From Lama glama (lineage: Eukaryota), in assembly GCA_028534125.1 (NCBI GenBank), contig CM052817.1:16618001-16682000 (forward strand): DNA of 64,000 nt, read 5' to 3'. The notes under the pieces are model-generated. The model was given only the letters and a program-made list of their open reading frames with translations. It was not told the DNA's origin and did no database searches. Below are positions 53,771 through 64,000 of the stretch, piece after piece (within the stretch, counting starts at the first letter, position 1; every line of letters starts with the position of its first letter). The translations under genes and the position numbers were made by a program.

Positions 53771-55910
53771 CAAAGGCAACCAACTGGCTTCTTTCTCTCC
53801 CTCTCCCCTTCCCATCGCAAGCCTTCCATTTTGGAAAGCCCTTCAAGGCCACTGGAGCAGGCTGACCCCCAGGGACTGCAGTGAAGTGGAGAGATGGTTC
53901 AAGTCTTGATTTTCTTCTCCTGGTTCCTCCCCTCCATCCTCCACCTCTCCTTCTCCAGCACAAGGTATCACAAGTGGGCCGCCTCTCCAGGGAACACCGG
54001 AACACTTCCCAGACACCAGCTCAGCAAGCATAACCCCTCCCCAGCAGATGCAGGGACAGGCCCCCCTGGCTGGCTGGAGGGGCTGGCCTGGAGGCGTGGC
54101 AGGGACAGCTGGCTTGCACATGGCATCTCAGCACCCCATCTGCCAGAGACACAGCAAAATCCACCTGCACAGGAGCTGCCTTTTCTTAAACAGTGAAAGA
54201 GATGTTCGGAAGGAAGTGTTTGTAAGAGCATCAGTGAAAAGTTAATGAAAGATTAAAAAAAAAAATCTGCAACAGCCCTGACCTTCCCTTTTTGAATCAA
54301 TAATGGTTGGCTTGAGCCTCAGGTGAGTAGAAAGACCCTGACGTTCGCTCATCGGTGTGAGCACAACAGTAAACCAGTACAACCCGAACTGTCCGTGGTG
54401 AAAGGCGTCCACCTCCAGTCCATCACAGATGACTGCTTGTGCAAAATACGACAGAAATCAATTACTAGGAAAAAAAGAATTGAAGAACACATCAAGGTCC
54501 CAAGTGTTTGTTAGATTCAGCTGACATAAAATCATGCTGTCAGACTGCTATGAAAAGTTTCTGAATGCTTATTCTCAATGTCTGCACTTGTCTTGGACCA
54601 GAAACAGCAGCTCGCAGCCTGGCACTGAGCCCGGTGATGCTCCCAGGTATGTGGATGTTAGAGCAAGGCAGGCACCCAGTTATATATCAAAGGTTCCAGT
54701 GATACATGAAGCTGGGGACAGGGCTGCTTTAGGAGACAGCGATTCAGAGACCCAGTGATGTGACTGTCAAACATTATTTACTCTGCAGCCTGGTTGAAAA
54801 GAAATCTACCAAAATTAAGTCAAGCATTTCTCCAGTGGCTGCAAAACCATGGCTAATTGGAAACACATCACCTCCAAGGGAATTCACAGTAAATCTACCC
54901 CAGCTTTCAAACTGACCCCTGGGGTAGGGTAGGGTGGGGGAGACTCCCATTTTAAAGCAGGTGACTGTAATTTTCTTTCACATTTCACAGGCTGGCTTGT
55001 CAACACACAGTTCTTTTCTATTCAGTCCTTCCACCTCCTCAACTCTCAAACAATAACTTTGAAAACTAGAAAATGACTATTCTGATATGGTGCCTAATTC
55101 CTTGACATATACCTTAAGGAACAAAAAGGAAAAAGACAGAAAGAAATAAAGTAGTACATTTCAAAGCACTCAAAATAGAGGAGAAAAGTTCACACGATTC
55201 TTTTGACCAAAAATAACACCCATGACTCACACACATTCACTATAACAATCCATCAAGCTAACACGCGGCGCCTGCTTATAATTTATCAGCTATGCAGAGC
55301 GTTTTGTCTCTGTGTTATTGAGAAGGACTCTGTGACCATCAGTTTAGAATAGCAGCACTATGGAAAGGAAATGTCAGGGAAAAAGTGTCAGACCGTCTAA
55401 CACTGGAAAGAACTTCATAGGGAAGGAAAACGAAATCGAGAGATTATTTCCTCTAAATCTCTGGGGCTGGGAGTAGCATAAATAGTAAAAACATGAAAAG
55501 GTTTCAAAAGAAGCCTCTTTTTAAATATTCAGATCTAGCCAGGGCTGACGTTCAAAGGTTGACATTTTAGCTCTGATAATAGTGGAATGCTGAATACAGC
55601 ACAGTATACTGTAGAATCTATATGCATAAAAGTCACTTTTTCTAGCTAAGAGTTTATCTATTAAAATTGTGATGGGGATGGGAGAGAAAAGAGATTTGAT
55701 GAAAACATACCGGGAGATCCGAGGCCGAAAGGACATTATAGCCCTCCATTCAGACACATCTTCCTTTGTCAAGGAACAACTCAAACTCCAATTACAACTG
55801 ATGTCTGCAGAAGCATCCCGCCAAGGCCAGCCCCTACTGTGGGGACAGTGATGCTCACAGACATGCTCTCTGCACAGAGATGGAGACTACAGATCCTGAC
55901 AGCTGTTGCA

Positions 55911-56410
55911 NNNNNNNNNNNNNNNNNNNNNNNNNNNNNNNNNNNNNNNNNNNNNNNNNNNNNNNNNNNNNNNNNNNNNNNNNNNNNNNNNNNNNNNNNN
56001 NNNNNNNNNNNNNNNNNNNNNNNNNNNNNNNNNNNNNNNNNNNNNNNNNNNNNNNNNNNNNNNNNNNNNNNNNNNNNNNNNNNNNNNNNNNNNNNNNNNN
56101 NNNNNNNNNNNNNNNNNNNNNNNNNNNNNNNNNNNNNNNNNNNNNNNNNNNNNNNNNNNNNNNNNNNNNNNNNNNNNNNNNNNNNNNNNNNNNNNNNNNN
56201 NNNNNNNNNNNNNNNNNNNNNNNNNNNNNNNNNNNNNNNNNNNNNNNNNNNNNNNNNNNNNNNNNNNNNNNNNNNNNNNNNNNNNNNNNNNNNNNNNNNN
56301 NNNNNNNNNNNNNNNNNNNNNNNNNNNNNNNNNNNNNNNNNNNNNNNNNNNNNNNNNNNNNNNNNNNNNNNNNNNNNNNNNNNNNNNNNNNNNNNNNNNN
56401 NNNNNNNNNN
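55911..56410. other. Assembly gap (500 N)
   Basis: Run of N. Confidence 0.99.
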
Positions 56411-58679
56411 CCTCTCCAAAAGATAAAAATGAAATGAAAGAAAGCGATGAAAAGTTTAAGATTAATCCTTCAGTCTTGCGCTATCCAGACACCAGGGAGG
56501 GCAGTAAAATGCAGAAGGTCACGCATTTTCCGTAGTCCTTAAATAACTCAGCCCAGCCACCAGGAGGGGAGAAAGGCAACATTCCAGTTACAGTCCCTCA
56601 AGTCATCCCGAAATCTTTGTAATTTACTAGATACACACCACTTCAGTAACTTAGCTGTGGAAAAGTCATCCTCCATCATAATGTAAAAATGATGCATATT
56701 AGAAAATCCTATAATTTACTTCTCAATTTGCTGACATATCAAAACTGGAACTCAAAAATGAGAGGTAGGAAAAAAGAATGAGAGAGACAGGTAAAACCTT
56801 GGCCCAGGCACTTCCTCACGAAGCGTTATTAAAAAAAAGTGTGAAAAAGAGAGAGACAAGATTTAGAAACTGCTGCTCAACTACATGGTGTTGACCCCTG
56901 AACCCTTTAAACCCGCACCTTCGGTAGGGTAAAGTACTCGATTAAGCAAGAATATGTTGAAAAAAAAAGTCTGATGAAATGTCAAGAGTGCTTGAACGGT
57001 GTGATTGATAGCAAATTTAATTGCAATTTCTACTCTGCTGCTTTGGTCTACGGCGACTCCTGTGTTAATAGAGTGAAACTTGCTTTGCTGAGCAAAGGCT
57101 CCCTATTCATAGCGACTGCCAAAGTGATGACCTCTGTCACAGTGACAGTTTTCTTATTTACAAAAAACAACCACCCAAGTGCCTAGACCACATGCATTTT
57201 TTGGCTGCTGCAGCCTACTCCCACCTCATAATCTCAGAACACATTTGCGAACGAAGGCATTTCCGGGCTCACAGGCAAACACTCTTCAATAAGTCTGGGA
57301 GGTTACTATTTAAATAAATGTTTGCTTAATCTTGGCCATTATGCTTCTGCAGCTGCAGCTGGCCCCACTAAGGGGCCATTAGTGGCTCCCTTAATAGCTC
57401 CCAGGTTCTGACTTCTTGAGCCTAAATGTCTCCATCTATAAATTGGGGGGTGCTCTCACCTTCCCGGCAAACATCGTTGCAAGGATCCGAAGCGCTTATA
57501 AGCAGGAGGCAAGAGTGCTCAGAATGAAGTTACTGTTATTATGATTTGGGGGGGGGTGGTGGTTCCTGCAGGCTGAACCCTGGATTTCTTCCCAGTTTCC
57601 CTGGTGTAACAGTAAAATCATATTGTTCAAAGTGTTATAAAAAGAAACATCTCAAAGCACTCGAGATCTTTGAAGGAAGTTTTGGGTTCTGAGCATCAAA
57701 CCAGGACGCATGTACAAAGTTGCTCTGAGTTGTGGTCACTGGGGACAATAATAAGATTGACCAAGAAAACGTTTCTCCTGAAGTAAAAGGCTGCCTCCCA
57801 TCCCACAGAGGGCCACTCTGTGCTCTGATTTCTCCAGGGTTGTCATCCTGGCACATGTCACCATCTAAATAAGCCATCACTTTTTAAGGGAAAAAAGCAA
57901 AGGCTCCCTCCTGGACCAGGAGGAATACCTCCCGCAGTACACTGACTTGAAATCAAAACAGGGGAAGACAAAGATGTGTTTGATTGCTTATTCAAGGAAG
58001 AGTTTGCAAGGGGGAAAATGCATTGCTGTGACCCCAAAGAATCCCGTCTTAGAAAAATATTAACCCAAGATAATTTAAATTCCCCTTTATCTCCTTTGGA
58101 GGAACTGCTTGTTTAGCAAAAGAAAAATATTTGAAGGGTCGTCTGAGATCTTTCGGTGATCTCGCACTGCACTGTAGAGAGGTGCTCTGTGTACAGTTCT
58201 GCCTGGAATATCAAGAAGAAATTTTCATTTCAATATCCCATGAGAAGCTATTAGCGAAATCACTGTTGTCACGATTTCTTCACAGCTTTTTTAACGGATG
58301 ATTTGCCATTGGAAATTGAGTTGTTTTAAAAAGGATTCTAAGTTCTAAAAGAGAGCCTCAACAACCATTATTTCTAGAACTACAGACACGAAAGTTCTGG
58401 TCTGTCCTGTGAGGAGGAGACAATAAAGGAGGAAGATATTATGGCCAGATATTGGGTGTCATGAGAGAGAACCCCGGCTTAACAGGTAAAGACTCCTAGC
58501 TCAGTTTCTGGTTTTCAGCCACTTCTAAGCAGAGGACTTTCGATAAAGCACTTCATCTCTGAGCTTCCAAAATGGGTTGGATTAAATGTTGTCTATGTTT
58601 TTTCCTTGCTCAATCAGCCTAGGAGTCAAATCTGGAACAAAACCCTGAACTAGAACATTGAACAACAAGTCAACAGATC

Positions 58680-58980
58680 TGGGTTTTTCAGTCCTACTCT
58701 ATTAACCTGCTGTGTGACCTTGGACAAGTCACAGGAAAAGTAAAAAAAAATAGCCAACACCCACTGAGCACTCACCGAGTACAAGGCAACAAGCGTTAGA
58801 AGCATCATCACACCAATTCCTCATAAAAACTTTATGAATGTACCTCATTATTATGTTCATTTTGGAAAGGAGGAAATTGAGTCTCAGAAAGGTTACACAA
58901 CTTGCCCAAGGTCAGCCAGCCAGTAAGTGGAAGTGTTAACTCTGAATCCATACAATTGGATGTCAGAACCCAAGCTTTTA
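58680..58980. mobile_element. Two adjacent MIR fragments in opposite orientation
   Basis: tgtgtgaccttggacaagtca (plus) then gaggaaattgagtctcagaaaggttacacaacttgcccaaggtca (minus). Confidence 0.7.
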
Positions 58981-59189
58981 TCTACTGCCAACCATGACGC
59001 TGCCTTGAGACTTTATGAGAGACCTAACTTGCCAGTGTGACCTTAGAAGACAGCCGGGAGGTGATACACGTGCACAGACACCTACATTCACGCACACGTC
59101 CACGTGTGGTCTCTGAAAAGTACAAAACATCGTAACGACTGAAGACGGGGTATTTCTACTTATATTTGAGAAGAACCCTCAATGCATTT

Positions 59190-59555
59190 ACAGTCAGCTT
59201 GAGCAACTACAACAAAATGCCAGAGACCGGGGGGCTTAGAAACAACAGACATTTATTTCCCATAGTTCCAGAGGCTGGACATCTGAGATCAGGGCGCTGG
59301 CACAGTCAGGCTCTGGGGAGGGCCCTCTTCCAGGCCGCACGTCTCTTGTTTCCTCACATGACGGAGAGCAGAACAGAGAAGCCAAGTTCCTCATGACTCT
59401 TACAAGGGCCCTGAAGCCTGTCATGAAGAGTCCACCCTCATGACCTCATCCCACACAAACTACCTCCCAGAAGCCCTACCTCCTCATACCATCACCTTAA
59501 GGAGTAGGGTTTCAACATACGAATTTAGGGGGACATAAACATTCTGTCCATAACA
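59190..59555 (-). mobile_element. MaLR solo LTR (MLT1A/B-like)
   Basis: aacaacagacatttatttcccatagttccagaggctgg...ggggacataaacattctgtccataaca. Confidence 0.85.
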
Positions 59556-60335
59556 CAGTAATCTCTCCTTCTGAGCTGAGACATGAACAGGAAAAGAGTC
59601 TGTAGAAATTCCTCCTTCAGGTCAAGAAACGGGAGCCACAGCTCCAAGGCCGACGGGCAACGCAGTGCTCAATGCGGCATCTTCTCCTCTTCCAATATGT
59701 GGATCCTCTGACCCCCGTGTACCATCTGTTACCCCGGCAGCTGGTTCCCGTTTCATGCCTTCTGCTCACACAAGGTACATTCACTTTGCAGCTGGAGGGG
59801 TAAATACTTCACCTACTGTTTTGCCTTTGGGATAAACACGTAATGTAAGGCGATACTAGGTCAGGGTGCACGCTTCTACCCTCTCTTTCTGCTGATGAAC
59901 AAGTGAAGAAGGTAACTGCGCCTCTCCCTTCCAGTACTGGCACATGGATACCAAAGCAGTCTGCTTCTGGCCAGACGGAAAGTTGCACTGTAACCAGTGC
60001 ATGCAAATTTAAGGGTGCATTTTCTTCCCCACACTGAGCTAATGAAGAGGGCATCTTAGCACCTGCCCCCATCCAAAAACCATCACAAGCCTTTATAAAT
60101 AACTAAGGGTAAATAACATTCGAAAACATGTCTTTTAAACAGGTAAGATTATTTTTCCAAATACGGGAGCTATTTTCCCTCACTGTTTATCAAGACATTT
60201 CTTCCACTGCTCGGCAGAATTCCTCCCTTGACTTTGGCCTCTAGTTTTCCTCGCCATAGCACCTATTACCACTTAACATCCTATATACTTTAATCGCTCT
60301 GCTTATTGTCTGCTCAGAGCACCCCTACCAGAATT

Positions 60336-60456
60336 AAGATGACTATACTATTAATCGTCCAAACCAAGGCAATCTGGAGAGCGAAAGGAGCACTAAAACA
60401 AACTACGCCGGGACAAGAGGCGAAACCGACCCTGAGGGAACAAAGTCTGGTCACCC
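60336..60456. mobile_element. hAT-Blackjack MITE (MER94-like)
   Basis: atcgtccaaacc...gagagcgaaaggagcact...tacgccgggacaa...ggtcaccc. Confidence 0.6.
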
Positions 60457-61703
60457 AAACTGCAATGCAAGGTCCACACCCTCAGGGATCTGGGTCTGAC
60501 TTTTTCCACCCTATGTCCCTAGTGTCTAATTAGCACAGGACACCCGTGAGGTGTTCGATATTTACTGAGTCATGCTGGCTCCCAGCATGAGCTCTGAGTG
60601 GACTGCAGGACTTTGAACTCTGGCTCTGTCAACAATTACGTTATTCCCCTTGTGTAATTGACTTGCCCGCCACAGGCCTCAATTTCCTCACTTGTCTGAT
60701 GGCCCCCACCTCCCATGGCTGTGTGAAGACTCAATGGGATAGTCCACAGTGTGATGCTGGGCACAAGGGCCGACACTCAAGAATGTGCACTCAAAACTAC
60801 TGGCTGCTATGGTTATTACTTGTCACCCCAAGACTGTCTTAAGAAGGTGTCCAGAGCAGATGGCTAAGACTTGGTCTATCCATCTCTTCAACATGACAAC
60901 ATCAGAAGCTGCCTGGCATCTATAGGATGCCTGGCCACCCCCGTCTGACCCTGAAATGGGCCCCTGGCCTGAGCCTGGCCTGGGGGAACTCTCCTCTGGG
61001 ACCAGGGAGCAGCTTTCTTCTAGTGGTACAAGATGTGGCATCTGCAGCTCTCATGTGGTCAGCAGCCACACTTCCCATTCCAAAGAGAAGGCAGGTCCAC
61101 AAAAAGAAATTACAGCTGACACAGAGAATGCTGAGGGCAGAAGAGAGACCTGGGGGCACCTGAGCCCTGGTGGTAGCTGGTCCTGAGGTCTGGCTGCAAT
61201 TCTGTCCCCCGGGTGGCTATTCAACCAACCTTTCTGAGGCCTTTTGAGCCAAGAACTTCCCCTTTGGCCCCAACTATTTCAAGCTGCGGAGCATAAATAA
61301 AAAGGGTCCCAGTGCTGAAGACTCTACCTGCATTATCTCATTTGTTCCTTACAGCCACACTATATGGTGGGCACCATGTTTACTCCCACTTTGTGGATGA
61401 GAATGCTGAGACTCACACACCCAAAAGACTCTTCCCAAGGCCACACAATTAGTTTGGTGGGTGTCACTGCTCACTCCCGAATCCCTTCTATCCTGGTGAT
61501 TAAGACAGTTAATGTATAGTACCCCCCGGTGAATGTTAGTAAGCCAGAAAGGGAAGCACGTCCTATACTGGCCCAATCAGACCGGAGGGAAGGACTTATA
61601 TTCCATGGCTGAGTTTTTTGCCTCTTCTGCTTAGGGGAACCAGCCTTTAGAAGAAAGCTGATGTTAAGTTCAAGAGGAAGCTGACGTTAAAACTGGCACA
61701 GCG

Positions 61704-61890
61704 ATAGAGTTGTCAGATAAAATATAGGCTTCCCAGTTCCATCTGAATTGTAGATAAATAACCATTAATGCTTAAGCATAAGTATGCACTGAATACTGCA
61801 TGGGGCATACTCTTATACTTAAAAAGTATTCACTGTCTACCTGAAATTCAAATTCACCGGGGTATCCTGTATTTTTATTTGCTAAGTGTG
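61704..61890. mobile_element. hAT MITE (MER53-like)
   Basis: gttgtcagataaaatataggc...ctgaaattcaaattcac...tcctgtatttttatttgctaa, palindromic structure. Confidence 0.75.
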
Positions 61891-63039
61891 GTACAGAGGG
61901 GAAGGAACAAGTCATGATGGCTGTACAGCATCTAAGGCCCGCACCACCTCTCAGCTTCTGGTTATGCGAGGGCATCGATCCCTTTATTGTTTAAGAAGTT
62001 TCGAACGTCTATCACTTGCACCCCATTTCTTCCTATGTCACGCAGCAAGGCACTGGCTCTAACCCAGGCAGGAAGGATGCAGAGCCCCAGCTCACATCAC
62101 CACACTAAATCCTAAAGGGACAGAAACTAAATGCCGTATTGAAAGCTACAAAGCCAGTGCTTAGGACATTGAACTTGTTTTTTTTTTTTTTTTTTTTTTT
62201 TAGAGCTGTAAAAATGCAGCTTGACAGACTTACTGGAATTCATCAGATTCTCTTCAGTCAATGTAAATTTTTTATTAGAAAGTCACGGAAAGTGAATTCA
62301 CTTACACTGTAAAACTCCTTCATGAATACTAACAAACTCTAAAATCACAGCAAAGATGACGGCACAGAGCCACCAAAAAAACAAAAACAGCTAGCAATTC
62401 CAGATGAAGGATCCCAATTGTTAAACATTTATGATAAATTTCCACGTCACTTTGTTCGGAAGAAGACCATCGATTAGTTCCACAGAAAAATTTGACTTTA
62501 GATCAAAACTCCAGCATAACACAATAATCAAACGGAATAGGAAGGGAATGTGGGAGTGAGCAGAACTGAATGACTGAAAGGGTACCCACAGGACCAAGTT
62601 GCTGTTTAAGGGTAAATGTCGTGTGTGTGTGTGTATCTGGGACATAGTTTACTCAGCATCAAAAATCACGAGGTAATGAATCTAAGGAGTTTATATGCTG
62701 TGCCAAGTATGTGATCAATGAACAAAAACAGGATGTTGAGTTAGCCATTACAGCTATGAAGCCAGCAACAATTCCTGTATCTACCAGTATTGAAGCCCTG
62801 CTCTGGTGCAGAGGCTTTTCCACAACATGGAACGCGCAGGGCTGACATCACCATCTTCCAGGCCCCCTTCAACCCCTAAAAGTCTACAAGCTACATCAGT
62901 ATAGAACAACTGTGAAGTTAAGGAAAGCTGCAACAAAGGTACCTTTGGAAAAAGCAATTATATATATGTGTGTGTATATATGTATATGTATATATGCATG
63001 CAACTGGATTAAAAAAATTTAACGTACAATATTCCTGGA

Positions 63040-63480
63040 TGTAATGTTATGGAAATGTTTACTGTTCTAAAATTAATCTATAAATTTAACAGAACCCCAA
63101 TCAAAATATCAACAGGTTGGTTTTTTTTTTTTTTTTTTGCAGGGAGTGGGATCAGGGGAAGACTTGATAAAATATTTGTTAGTTATATCTGAAAAAAGTA
63201 ATAAGAACATCTGAAAAGAAAGAGCAAGGGGAAGGAGTCTAGCTCAAACAGGTATTAAAAGTATTATAAAGTAAAAGCAGAATAATGTGGTACAATCATA
63301 GGACGAAACAGGGAGCTCAGTAGACAGAACAAAAAGTCCAGAAACAGATTCATATACATATATATACACACACACATATGAGTGTGTGTTCATTGATAAA
63401 AGTGGGCATCTAAAATCTGTGAGGAGAAAATGAATTCATCAATAAGCAATGCTGGTTACCATTTAGGAGAAAAGACATAA
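63040..63480 (+). mobile_element. Old L1M ORF2 fragment
   Basis: attaatctataaatttaa...ccaatcaaaat...aaagtccagaaacagattcatatacata. Confidence 0.7.
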
Positions 63481-63863
63481 ATGGCTTAGGAGTTTTGCTG
63501 GTAAGATGGCTTTTAAAAGTCTGAAGTGGCAGAAGTGACTGGCAGAACAGTGTCCACCCACGAAACGGTAAGCTGAAGTCCTACAGCCTCGAGCTCTCAG
63601 CTTGTGGTTTCCCCACAGGATTCCCAACAAAAAAGGGAACACAGTCAAGCGGTGTGCCCTCCTCCGCTGTGTTGGACTTCACTGGGTTCCCTTCATCCCA
63701 GCCCATCCCATTTCTCTACCATCCACTCCCCCAAGTAATACAAAAGGATTCTGGGAAATTAAAAGATTTCTCTACCCATTTTGGGGTTCCCTGATTCCCC
63801 AGTTGTTGTAAGGCATCAATACAAACATCCTCAGAGCTCTCAAAGATCAGAAATAAGTCTTAC

Positions 63864-63902
63864 CTGTTTCCTCTTTTCAGGGGGAAGCGATGGATCGCCA
63901 TC
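63864..63902 (-). CDS. CCDC149: CCDC149 coding exon (DGDPSLPPEKRKQ), first exon visible in window
   Basis: 39 nt, phase 0-0; acceptor ctttgtag| and donor CAG|gtaaga; peptide matches the CCDC149 N-terminal region as I recall it. Confidence 0.93.
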
Positions 63903-64000
63903 CTACAAAGAAATCAATGTTACATTAAAAAAAAATTAGGTGTGCTTAGATTCAAAGAATGGAACCAAACTATGAATTAAATTTAGACCCTACCCTCCCG

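Noticed and set aside
55781..56535. Four long ORFs of 185-212 aa
   Set aside because: Artefacts of the 500-N gap
57361..57390. Small hairpin ggcccc-actaa-ggggcc with an alternative ccactaa/ttagtgg pairing
   Set aside because: Stems of 6-7 bp are too short to distinguish from chance

Overview
Mammalian genomic DNA, very likely camelid because it carries three copies of a tRNA-Ala-like SINE resembling Vic-1. Almost the whole window is the 3' part of CCDC149 on the minus strand. I rebuilt 10 phase-consistent coding exons, from DGDPSLPPEKRKQ (63864-63902) to the terminal coding exon ending ...RNTTKT* (7293-7726). One intron is GC-AG. There is also a 33-nt in-frame cassette microexon with SRRM4-type UGC and Rbfox motifs (19190-19222), and a candidate second, more distal terminal exon (2936-3096). 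The 5' exons lie beyond the right edge. The introns hold ordinary interspersed repeats (MIR, L2, L1, MaLR/ERV LTRs, hAT and TcMar MITEs), one two-LTR MaLR provirus remnant, a near-perfect 165-bp local duplication and a 500-N assembly gap. Nearly all ORFs in the supplied track are spurious. I see no new multi-gene system; the best leads concern alternative C-termini and 3' ends of CCDC149. Repeat family names come from recalled consensus sequences, not a search, and repeat boundaries are approximate.
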